DNA of 32,000 nt. Origin: Candidatus Thalassarchaeaceae archaeon (GTDB taxonomy: Archaea; Thermoplasmatota; Poseidoniia; Poseidoniales; Thalassarchaeaceae). Every line of letters begins with the position of its first letter. Position 1 is the first letter of the stretch. Both the position numbers and the translations under genes were made by a program. Of the stretch, positions 1 to 9,500 are shown piece after piece. The notes beneath the pieces are model-generated. The model saw nothing but the letters and a program-made list of their open reading frames with translations, ran no database searches and had not been told where the DNA came from. The stretch lies in NCBI GenBank assembly GCA_045568075.1, contig JBJLBP010000001.1, positions 240,001 to 272,000 on the forward strand, read 5' to 3'.

Positions 1-1924
1 CCGCCAAAGCCTCGATTTTGCGCATCTCATCGAGTAATTTCTCATCGATCTTGGTAGCGCCGATTATCTCTCCATTACCACGGAAGAAAATCTCAGTATC
101 AGTCCAGTCTCCACGAGCCAAACCTTCGACTGAGAAGCGGATTTCGGCTGACTGACCGGGATCGAGGGTATCCAATCGCCAAGCCCACAACCCAGTAGCC
201 TCCTTACGACCACCTCTAGGATTCTCTGAGAACCGTACGCCTTCCCCTTCCGGCCACTTTGCGAGGATAGTATAGGCGCGTGCGCGGGCGGTGTAATTGT
301 AGACAGTCATCGAGCAGATCGTTCGCTTTGTTTCCTTGTCCCACTCGATAGAATCCTCAAGGAAAACCGCATTCATAATACGGGTGATGACTGGTGCCAA
401 ATCGGGTTCTTCACGGTCGAGCATTTCGCTCGATTTCCGTGATATCTCAGGGAGAATTATGTTGATGAGGTCGAATTTTTCTTGTGCTTTCTTGCGCTGA
501 GAACTCTTCTTCAAATGGTTACGAAGACCTCGTCCTACTTCCAACATCGCCTTCCGAACTTCTTCCTTAACCTCCTCGTTATCCGCCACTGCTTCCTTCG
601 CTTCGCTGGTGAATTGGACGTTGGTCGATGCGAGATGGATTAGTACGGCGGCCGGCCCCTTTGGTAATCCACGGCCGCCGGGATGATCGAGCCCATATCG
701 CTTCCAATCAACGGACTCGAGAGCCTTCGTGAGCAGACAACCTCCCTGTTGATACATCAGAGGTACGCGATTTGCGAATCTGAGAACTTCGATCGGCCCA
801 TCGGCAGTAAGATCACCTCCGAAGACAAGCCCGACCTCAATTTGGAAAGGCTGTCCTTGGCTTACTGCTGGCTTTCGAGTTACCGTCGATGCGAAGCGAG
901 AATCGATTGCTTTCGAAAGCCCCTTCTTGATGAGAATTTCTTCAATTGGAGAGAGACAATCGGTTGGGGGTGAGAGAAGTTTGACATTTTGAAAAGCCTC
1001 GATCATTCCTTGGGCTTCATCGGCTTTGACTCGAACTGGAGTTCGTCCTTCGTCGAGTTCAGATAATTTGAGAATTTCGCGAGCAGCCCGCATACTTACG
1101 CCAGAGAAATTGTGTCGTAAGAAGGAAGTTAATTTGCGCTCTTCAGCTTCTTTCAGCATGCGCTGCAGCTGCCCAAGATGAATGCCATGCGGGTGGGGTT
1201 TAATCTCTTCAACGACACGAGGCAGACGCTCAGTGGTGCGAATCCAATTACCCTGATCAATGATTTCGCCTTCTCGATCACGAACTGTGAGTTTGATTGT
1301 TGCGTGCGGATTGACGATACTAGTCATGCGCAAGTATTGGTGGACGGATTGCCGCCCTCGTTGGTATTTTGCACGCATTACTGTTCGAATTTTGAGGCCG
1401 TGAAGAACCTCCTCTCCATCTTCAAACCAAACGTCTCTGCGTTCGCTCGACTTGGTTGCACGATTCTTACGAGTATCGAGTCCGAGGTCGACGTGGACTG
1501 CTGAAGAATCAGAAGCAATCTTGGAGACGACATGAGTCTTCGAACCGGTCGTCAGTTGGCTGTACATCACAACACCAGTGATTCCGATGCCCTGCTGCCC
1601 TCGGGTCTGGCGAATCGCGTGGAAACGCGAACCAAGGAGGAATTTTCCGAAGACGTTCTCGACTGAATCTCGTGGTATTCCTGGCCCGTTATCTTGGCAG
1701 ATAAGTTCCAATCGGTCTCCTTCCAATCGCTTGATTTCTACCTTAATGTCAGGTAAAATACGTGCCTCTTCACAGGCGTCCAAGGAGTTGTCAACGGACT
1801 CTTTGACGGCGGTGATCACAGCTCTCTGAAGGGTATCGAAGCCGAGGAAATGCTTGTTCTTCTCAAAGAACTCACTAATCGAAATCTGCTTTTGTTTGCT
1901 TGCAATTCTCTCTGCATCTGCCAT
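1..1924 (-). CDS. top6B: DNA topoisomerase VI subunit B (N-terminal >640 aa; C-terminus runs off the left edge of the window)
   Basis: Absent from the ORF track because there is no stop codon in the window. Manual minus-strand translation from the ATG (complement of 1922-1924) gives MADAERIASKQKQISISEFFEKNKHFLGFD...AVKESVDNSLDACEE...RGQQGIGITG. These are the Bergerat-fold N-box and G-box typical of Top6B. The frame stays open to position 1. The + ORFs 683-973, 1178-1504 and 1578-1829 are antisense shadows of this gene. Confidence 0.9.
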   Translation of the reverse strand, partial: MADAERIASKQKQISISEFFEKNKHFLGFDTLQRAVITAVKESVDNSLDACEEARILPDIKVEIKRLEGDRLELICQDNGPGIPRDSVENVFGKFLLGSRFHAIRQTRGQQGIGITGVVMYSQLTTGSKTHVVSKIASDSSAVHVDLGLDTRKNRATKSSERRDVWFEDGEEVLHGLKIRTVMRAKYQRGRQSVHQYLRMTSIVNPHATIKLTVRDREGEIIDQGNWIRTTERLPRVVEEIKPHPHGIHLGQLQRMLKEAEERKLTSFLRHNFSGVSMRAAREILKLSELDEGRTPVRVKADEAQGMIEAFQNVKLLSPPTDCLSPIEEILIKKGLSKAIDSRFASTVTRKPAVSQGQPFQIEVGLVFGGDLTADGPIEVLRFANRVPLMYQQGGCLLTKALESVDWKRYGLDHPGGRGLPKGPAAVLIHLASTNVQFTSEAKEAVADNEEVKEEVRKAMLEVGRGLRNHLKKSSQRKKAQEKFDLINIILPEISRKSSEMLDREEPDLAPVITRIMNAVFLEDSIEWDKETKRTICSMTVYNYTARARAYTILAKWPEGEGVRFSENPRGGRKEATGLWAWRLDTLDPGQSAEIRFSVEGLARGDWTDTEIFFRGNGEIIGATKIDEKLLDEMRKIEALA

Positions 1925-2078
1925 GGCGACTACCCCCTTCAGGTCCTCCCATTGTCCTGATGACACGGGGCCTGCTTGTGGTCGAAGGTGTGCGAGAGCC
2001 CACCGCACTTAACGCTACGGTGGAGGGCACCGGTTCGTTGGTCGAAAGTGAAGGTTAGAGTACGTCCCCGACTCTTCC

Positions 2079-4067
2079 TCATTCGAAAAGATTAGGACGC
2101 CACGCGGTGATTTTCCCAGTGAAAGCGCTTGCCATCACCGTCAGTGGGCTGGCCAAGTACAGTTTCCCCGGCCCCGATCGTCCCTGGAAATTGCGATTTA
2201 TCGCAGACACAGTAACCTGTTCTTCGAGATCCGAGACTCCCGGTCCAGCGCCGATACAGGCCCCACAGCCCGGGTCGATTAACTGAACCCCAGCTCGCTC
2301 GAATAACTCAGTCCACCCATTCTGCTCGGAGAGATCTTTCACTGTCTTTGAGCCGAATTGGATGTAGCAATCCACACCCTCTGCAATGGTCAGCCCTGCC
2401 TTGAGAGCAGCACTGGTAACCATCGCGTAGTAAGCGAAATCATCGTCTTTTCCAGCCGTGCAAGAGCCAGCATAAGCGATGTCGATAGCAACTTCACCCA
2501 ACTCATCGATGTAAGCTCCGTTAGTTGGGTCGGAGGGAATACCAGCATCTGGATCGCCTGGATGCGCCACCATTGGACGAATCGAAGATAGATCGATGGT
2601 GTGAACTCCACCATGATACTCTGCATCTTCGTCGGGCAGCACAAAGGCTGCCCGCACATCTTCTTCAGTCAAGCCATCACGACGCTCGAGCAACCACTCA
2701 ACTGTCAGATCATCCGGCTCGCAAATGCCGGTTTTTGCCGAGCACTCAGTCGCCATGTTGCACAGCGTTGCTCGCTCGTCCATAGAGAGTGAAGCAAGCC
2801 CCGTACCACCGAATTCCATCGAGCGGTCGAGAGTATCTGACTGTGCTGCATATTTCCACAAAATATGCAAAATCACATCCTTCGCAGTGCACCCTGGGTC
2901 GAGGTTGCCTACCAATTCGAAGCGGATGCTTTCGGGAACTTTGACGAAGGCGAATTGGTTGTGAACGAGGTTTGCATACTCAGTAGAGCCAACTCCGTAT
3001 GTGAGTGCGTTACTTGCTCCTCCCATGCAAGTGTGGCTATCTGTTGCTTGAATGAAATCTCCAACATCGATGAATTCCTCACGCGCCACTTGATGACAAA
3101 TACCTGGACTCACCCCGTCAACTGCAGAATAGTCTCGCACACCTGTGTGTCGCTGGAATACTACTTGCAGGTCGCGTAGCATCTGGATTTTATCTGCGAA
3201 TTTGCTGAATCGGGCCACGCCTGTCGCGTACAGCAAGTGATCCTCGAAGACGGCGAATTTCGGTGGGTTTGGCAAGACATAATCGCCACCGTACTCGGCT
3301 GCGAGGAAGTTGTGAACTTGCGCAGTGGTGAATTCGTGAGAATATCCTCCATCAACTTGAGCGAGAACTGCATCACCCGGTTTCACGTATCCCCGTATAC
3401 CGTTCTGACCGAGCAGTTTGTTTGAGATCATCTTCTCAGCCATTGTCATAGGAACAGGCTCTGTACTCACTGTTGGCAAGGCCACCTCACCCCCCTTCAA
3501 TTTCTTCGCGAATGGGAAAATTCCGCCATTCTCGATGATTAGTTGAGTTACAGGGTCGTACTTATCGGTGAACTCAGCAAGGCCGATACTCTCACCGTTT
3601 TGCAAGCGTTCGAGCATCGAATGGTCGCCCATCAACTGGCCGAGATTGATATTATTCCGTTCGTGGATGGGCGCAAATGAAGCAGCGATGACGATGCGGA
3701 TACCTGACCATCGCTCACATTGAGCAGCTGTCTCACGGCTGCTTCCAGTTCCTTTTCTGTGACCACTCACAATCACTTCGAAGCCACCATCCATCATAGC
3801 GCGTGGTTCGAAGACCCGACGTCCTTCGTGTAGCAGGCCGGCGTAAGCGTTCTCAGCGAGCACAGCGGGATCATGGTCGAAGCAAACCCAAGCGGGAGTC
3901 ATCACATCTGTATTGATGTCATCCAACAAGTCGTCGATGGACAAATCTTCCATCTTCAAGTCGAGTCCTTCGTACAATTGCTTCCGAATCAACCCGAGGT
4001 CTTTTGTCAGGAAAAGCACCCTCTTACCGGGAGTCAGACTCACTTTCACCGGCGGCCACGACTCCAC
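2079..4067 (-). CDS. Aconitase-family Fe-S hydro-lyase with the swivel (LeuD-like) domain at the N-terminus; putative aconitate hydratase
   Basis: 662-aa ORF. The N-terminal ~130 aa carry the swivel-domain signature GHRKGTGSSRETAAQ...VIAASFAPIHERNNINLGQL. The rest carries the three cluster-ligand regions DSHTCMGG, AGSCTAGKDDD and PGCGACIG. GTG start preceded by GAGGTG 5 nt upstream. Confidence 0.8.
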   Translation of the reverse strand: MESWPPVKVSLTPGKRVLFLTKDLGLIRKQLYEGLDLKMEDLSIDDLLDDINTDVMTPAWVCFDHDPAVLAENAYAGLLHEGRRVFEPRAMMDGGFEVIVSGHRKGTGSSRETAAQCERWSGIRIVIAASFAPIHERNNINLGQLMGDHSMLERLQNGESIGLAEFTDKYDPVTQLIIENGGIFPFAKKLKGGEVALPTVSTEPVPMTMAEKMISNKLLGQNGIRGYVKPGDAVLAQVDGGYSHEFTTAQVHNFLAAEYGGDYVLPNPPKFAVFEDHLLYATGVARFSKFADKIQMLRDLQVVFQRHTGVRDYSAVDGVSPGICHQVAREEFIDVGDFIQATDSHTCMGGASNALTYGVGSTEYANLVHNQFAFVKVPESIRFELVGNLDPGCTAKDVILHILWKYAAQSDTLDRSMEFGGTGLASLSMDERATLCNMATECSAKTGICEPDDLTVEWLLERRDGLTEEDVRAAFVLPDEDAEYHGGVHTIDLSSIRPMVAHPGDPDAGIPSDPTNGAYIDELGEVAIDIAYAGSCTAGKDDDFAYYAMVTSAALKAGLTIAEGVDCYIQFGSKTVKDLSEQNGWTELFERAGVQLIDPGCGACIGAGPGVSDLEEQVTVSAINRNFQGRSGPGKLYLASPLTVMASAFTGKITAWRPNLFE

Positions 4068-4179
4068 ATCAGCACCTCTCTTACAGACTCGCTAAGGTCC
4101 GTTGCTATTTCACCGTTCGCGAAGCAAGGGATAGGCTCGCAGATTAGCGATTGATAGAGTATTCTACTAATCTCTAAGG

Positions 4180-4187
4180 TTTAAATA
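4180..4187 (+). promoter_or_regulatory. Archaeal TATA-box candidate (TTTAAATA) for tfb
   Basis: TTTAAATA matches the archaeal TTTAWATA consensus. It lies 53 nt upstream of the tfb ATG, and AAAGGAGGT (4223-4231) lies in the predicted leader. It sits in the 172-bp divergent spacer shared with the aconitase gene. Confidence 0.45.
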
Positions 4188-4239
4188 GGAAGTCCTTTGC
4201 GAATATATTACCTTTCTGTCTGAAAGGAGGTTTGATTGA

Positions 4240-5166
4240 ATGTCAGAATATCTGGTTGAAGACATAGTGAAGTGTAGCGAATGCGGTTCGAGAAGTCTGA
4301 ACCGAGACGAGACTCGAGGAGAAGTCGTCTGCGATGACTGCGGACTTGTTCTCGAAGACAAGGTAATCGATCAGGGTGCCGAGTGGCGCGTGTTCAGCCC
4401 GGAGCAGGGAGATCAGCGTGCACGAACCGGTGCTCCGATGACTGTCATGCTGCATGACAAAGGTCTCTCGACAGATATTGATTGGCAGAACAAGGATTAC
4501 TCTGGTAAGACGATTTCTTCGCGCTACCGCTCTCAATTCTATCGAATGAGGAAGTGGCAGAAGCGCTCGCGCGTGAGTAATGCAACCGAGCGCAATCTTG
4601 CAATGGCTCTTGCTGAGTTGGATCGCATGGCCAGTCGCCTAGATTTGCCAAAGAGTATCCGCGAGACAGCGGCTGTGAACTACAAGAAGGCGGTAGAGAA
4701 GAGACTCATCCGTGGCCGTTCCATCGAAGGTGTGGCTGCTGCTTCTCTCTATGCTGCCTGCCGTCAGTGCAACAATCCGCGAACTCTAGATGAGATTGGC
4801 GAGGCTAGCCGAACCGGTCGTAAGGAGATTGGCCGCACCTACCGATTCATGGTGCGCGAATTGAAGATGAAGATTCCACCTACCAAGCCCGAGGATTACA
4901 TTCCTCGATTCTGCTCAGGCCTTGACCTAGACGCGGAAGTTCAGGCGAAGGCGTACGAACTCATCGCAAAGGCTCAGGAGAAGGAGTTGACCAGCGGGCG
5001 CGGTCCGACTGGAATCGCTGCTTCGATTATCTACATCGCCTCGGTTCTGTGCGGTAAGCGCCGAACCCAGCGCGAGGTTGCTGAGGTGGCTGGCGTGACC
5101 GAGGTTACGATTCGTAACAGGTACAAGGAACTCATCCAGAACCTGAACATCGAGCTTGAGATTTGA
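4240..5166 (+). CDS. tfb: Transcription initiation factor IIB (TFB)
   Basis: 308 aa. N-terminal zinc ribbon [24 protein letters not shown]. Two cyclin-fold repeats ([19 protein letters not shown]; [19 protein letters not shown]). C-terminal helix-turn-helix [23 protein letters not shown]. Confidence 0.96.
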   Translation: MSEYLVEDIVKCSECGSRSLNRDETRGEVVCDDCGLVLEDKVIDQGAEWRVFSPEQGDQRARTGAPMTVMLHDKGLSTDIDWQNKDYSGKTISSRYRSQFYRMRKWQKRSRVSNATERNLAMALAELDRMASRLDLPKSIRETAAVNYKKAVEKRLIRGRSIEGVAAASLYAACRQCNNPRTLDEIGEASRTGRKEIGRTYRFMVRELKMKIPPTKPEDYIPRFCSGLDLDAEVQAKAYELIAKAQEKELTSGRGPTGIAASIIYIASVLCGKRRTQREVAEVAGVTEVTIRNRYKELIQNLNIELEI

Positions 5167-5181
5167 GTTGGGTGGCCCAGA

Positions 5182-6513
5182 ATGGCCAGACGAGAAGGCA
5201 GTTCCTTGGTCTGGCAGATGGCCGACGAGCGGCTGAAGTTGGCAGTGAGCGAAGCATTTCTTTTGGCCCCACTACCAAATCCACCACTTGAACTCCCTGA
5301 TTTCCCAGCGATTCCACCCTCCGATGCTGAATCATTGGTAAGGCAGGCTGTTGGAATTTTCACAATTGATCGTCAAGGATTCAATCTGCGATTGACTGAG
5401 GTCTGTGACGAGCATCTTCCAGATTATGTCAAGCGTTCAATCGATATTGAGGAGGCTGAATCTCTCTGGTTAGAATCGAATGCCGCAGAGGTTGCTGAGC
5501 GAGTACTGGTCTTACTCGCTCGTGACTGGTTGGCGATGGCTCTCGATGAGATGTCTCCAGACACCGATCGTTGGTATCTGGCGGCTTCGTTGATTCAGGG
5601 GCTGGCGCTTGGTGGGAGCGAGGTCGCGCGAGATGGCTGTTACTACCTGATTGAAGCAATCGCTTACGCAGTGACCCCTGGAAATCTTCCGTACTCGAAC
5701 GTCTCTGGGCGACACCAATTGGAGTGGTCACAGAATCGTGGTACTGTGGACCCATTTCCGCCTCATCCAGCAGGCGCGATGGCCGCTACAAACATCCTAG
5801 ATACTCTCTCAATGCGGGCAGAATCTGCATCTGAAATTTTACCACTCTGGCTCGAAAATCTCTCAACATCTTTGCAACTCTGCCCGGCCCTTGACGTCCC
5901 AACCCGGGTATTCCATGGCTTGGGTCAGGCTGAGGGAGATTCTTGCGCGCCTTTTGTTCGTGCTGGATTGCAGATGCTCTCACACTCGCCAGATGAGACT
6001 CGAGATATTCTCGTCGCCTCAGCCGATCACCGCTCTCTTAGTGCTCGCAGGACGGTTGCTGAGGCATTACCTCGAATCCATTCTCAAGAGCGTGAACTCG
6101 CTTTGATCCTCGCCGACCGCCTTCTTCTCAACGATGACTTGTCGGTCGTTATCCTCACCTCATCTTTCGTCGGTGGTCTAGCACGTCTATCGGAGGAGGA
6201 ATTTGTCCCTCGTGCTAACACTGTTCTCGCGAGTGGTGTTGAAAGGGCGGTACAACGGCTTGTCGAATCGGGTCTTCGAGACCATCTTTCTGCGAACCCC
6301 AACGATCCACACTCGATGCTCGTGACCGCTTGGTTGGCATCATCCTCGGTCGGACGCTCACGCGTCGGGAATCTAATCGCAGAACAGGCCGGCGTTGCAC
6401 CTGATGCCTTTGTTGAGACTTGCTCGACCATTTCAGCAGAGGACGTAATTGCCTACCAAGAATTACTGCGTTGGCTTGAGATGCGAAATCCCGACTCCTT
6501 GGAATTGCTCTGA
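5182..6513 (+). CDS. Hypothetical all-helical protein (HEAT/ARM-like repeats in the C-terminal half)
   Basis: 443-aa ORF starting 15 nt after the tfb stop. Leu/Ala-rich helical composition with no catalytic or binding motif I recognise. Segments such as SARRTVAEALPRIHSQERELALILADRLLLNDD resemble HEAT repeats. Only short antisense ORFs compete with it. Confidence 0.6.
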   Translation: MARREGSSLVWQMADERLKLAVSEAFLLAPLPNPPLELPDFPAIPPSDAESLVRQAVGIFTIDRQGFNLRLTEVCDEHLPDYVKRSIDIEEAESLWLESNAAEVAERVLVLLARDWLAMALDEMSPDTDRWYLAASLIQGLALGGSEVARDGCYYLIEAIAYAVTPGNLPYSNVSGRHQLEWSQNRGTVDPFPPHPAGAMAATNILDTLSMRAESASEILPLWLENLSTSLQLCPALDVPTRVFHGLGQAEGDSCAPFVRAGLQMLSHSPDETRDILVASADHRSLSARRTVAEALPRIHSQERELALILADRLLLNDDLSVVILTSSFVGGLARLSEEEFVPRANTVLASGVERAVQRLVESGLRDHLSANPNDPHSMLVTAWLASSSVGRSRVGNLIAEQAGVAPDAFVETCSTISAEDVIAYQELLRWLEMRNPDSLELL

Positions 6514-6514
6514 A

Positions 6515-9500
6515 TCAGGAGCAACCGGTGGTCGCACCACATGCATTGCACTTCAGACAAGTTCCATTGCGTACCATCTGGCTACCACCGCAGTCATCAC
6601 AGATATCGCCGGTGAAGCCGCGCTCTCGAGCCAACCGGCGGATACGAGAGTCATCGTCTTCGGTAGGAGTGACTGCGTTCAGAGTGAGCTGAACATTACG
6701 CCTCTCACCTTGAGTGCGAACGACTCCATCATCAGTCTGTTCGGGTCGGCTAATCGAGGTAGTTTCCATATCTTCTGCCGAGATGTGAGCGAGATCTTCT
6801 CGGTCGAGATATTGGATTGCCAGCTCACGGAAGATGTAGTCGACGATTGAAGTCGACATCTTCACTCGACCACTTCCGCCACTAACCATTCCACTTGGCT
6901 CAAACTTCTGGAAGGTGAATGACTTGACGAAAGCATCCAACGGAACGCCGTACTGCAAGCCAATTGAGACGGCGATGGCGAATTGATTTAGCAAAGATCT
7001 CCAGGCCGCGCCCTCCTTTGATGTAGTGATCATAATCTCACCAAGGCGACCATCGTCGTAAGTGCTCGACGAGAGATATACAGTGTGTCCGCCGACGCGC
7101 GCCTTCATCGTACTCGACGAGCGAACGTCTGGTAGTGGGCAGCGCGTAGCGATGTAATTGTGAACGAATTGCTCGGCGAGCACAGTCGCCGCAGGGGCTG
7201 GAATAGGAAGAGCAGCGGCGGTTTCTTCGACCATCTTGTGGACGACGGTGACCGCTTCGTTCTCTTCTTCATCATCGGAGACACTGGTCGCGTCGACGAG
7301 TTGATTCATCAGCGGTTGCGAGAGCTTCGAACCGTCGCGATAGACCGCACAGGCCTTGTTCATTGTCTCATGACTCAACTCATATGCTGCCCGAATTTCT
7401 TCTATCGTCGCATCCGCTGGCATGTTAATCGTCTTTGAAATTGCACCAGAGATGAATGGCTGAGCGGCGGCCATCATCATGACGTGAGCCTTCCAGTCAA
7501 TCGAGCGCTCGCCATATTTTCCACAAGGAGTAGCGCAGTCGAAGACAGCCAAGTGTTCGTCCTTCAGACCAGGCGAACCCTCGATGGTTCCGAATCCGAA
7601 GACGTGGTCGTTTGCTTGGTCAATCTCAGCATTGGAGAACCCGAGGCTACCGAGAGTATCGAAGTAAGGATCTTCGTATTGCGCCTTCGACAATCCGAGA
7701 GTTTCGGTGCAGAATTCTTCACCGAGAATCGAGGGCGTGAAGGCAGAACGAATGTCGAAGACATCCGGGAAGCTCGACTCAATACTCTTGATTTTGGCAG
7801 CGTCAAATCCGGCTGCCTTGAGCACCTTCGAAGAAATTGCAGGGCAATTGCGAAGCGATGCAGTTCCCATGATATATTCCTGAATAACTTCAGTTTCTTT
7901 GTCGGAGTAGCCCAAACGCCTCAGAGCATTTGGTACTCCGTGGTTGATTATTCGCAGCGAGCCACCGCCAGCTAGTTGCTTATACTGAACAAGAGAGAAC
8001 TGTGGTTCGACACCCGTCGTGTCCGCACCCATCACAAGTCCGATTGTACCGGTGGGTGCGATAACGGTAGTCTGAGCATTCCGGAATCCATGCTCTCCTC
8101 CCTCGCGCAGAGCCCGGTCCCAAGCGGCGCGAGCAGCCTCGAGGAGATCCTTCGGGCACTTCTTCGAGTTGATTCCCACCGGAGCGACAGTCAATCCTTC
8201 ATATTCCTCTGCTGGAGCGTCGTAGGCTGCGCGGCGATGATTTCGCATCACGCGTAGCATATGGTCAGCATTCTCCGAATAATTTGGGAACGGCCCAAGC
8301 ACGGAGGACATCTCAGCGCTTGTCGCATAGGATTCTCCACACATGATCGAAGTTAGAGCGCCGCAAATTGCGTACCCCCGCTCGTCATCATAGGGTATTC
8401 CCATGTGCATAAGGAGCGATCCAAGGTTGCAGTAGCCCAAGCCCAGAGTTCGGTATTCGTAGGACTTTCGGGCGATTTCCGCAGAGGGGAATTGAGCCAT
8501 CAAGACGCTGATTTCGAGAGTAGCAGTCCACAGTCGAACGGAGTGTCGGAAGTCCTCGACGTCAAAGGTCTGCGAGCTCTTGTCGTAGTAGTGCAGGAGA
8601 TTGATGCTGGCAAGATTGCAAGCGGTATCATCGAGGAACATGTACTCACTGCAGGGGTTTGAACCGTTGATCCGCCCTCCCTCTGGACAGGTGTGCCACT
8701 CGTTGATAGTCGTGTCAAACTGCACTCCCGGGTCGGCACAGGCCCAAGCGGTGTAAGCGATTTTGTTCCAGAGATTTGCTGCAGGCATCGAGCGGCATGG
8801 CGCCGGTTCACGGCCGGCCTCAGCCGCTCGCTCCAATTCTGTTCGATGGTAGAGATTCCATTCCCCCTCATCTCGCAGTGTGTCCATGAATGAGTTAGGG
8901 ACGCGCACGGAATTGTTCGAATTTTGACCTGAGACGGTGTTGTAGCCCTCTCCTTGCCAGTCGGTATCGAACTTCTCGAAAGTCATCCCCTTCCATCCCT
9001 GACCAGCGAGGTCGAGAATGCGCTTGATGTGCGGCTGAGGAACACTGTCTCGCACAGCCTTCACCATCGCCATCTTCAGTGCACCATTTGCGGCCGGACT
9101 CAAGCGTGAGTCATCATCATCGTGAGCCCAGATTGCAGACATAATCGAGTCCGCATGCTTCTGCAGAATACTCGAGCCGATGACGAGGGCCGAGACCTTC
9201 TCTTCCTCGGAGAGCTTCCAATCGATGTACTCCTCGATGTCTGGGTGGTCAAGGTCGAGAGTAACCATCTTCGCGGCTCGGCGAGTGGTTCCGCCCGACT
9301 TGATTGCGCCCGCGGCGCGATCTCCGATTTTGAGGAATGAGAGGAGGCCACTCGAGCTGCCACCGCCTGAGAGCGGCTCGCCAGCTCCACGGATTCTTGA
9401 GAAATTGGAGCCCGTTCCGGAGCCATACTTGAAGAGTAAAGCCTCGCGATTCCACAGGCCCATAATCGACTCGGTTCCGCCCACCAATGAGTCGCTAACA

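Noticed and set aside
683-1829. Three + strand ORFs (683-973, 1178-1504, 1578-1829) offered by the ORF track
   Set aside because: All lie antisense to a continuous minus-strand reading frame with unmistakable Top6B motifs. Their products are low-complexity with no recognisable motifs.
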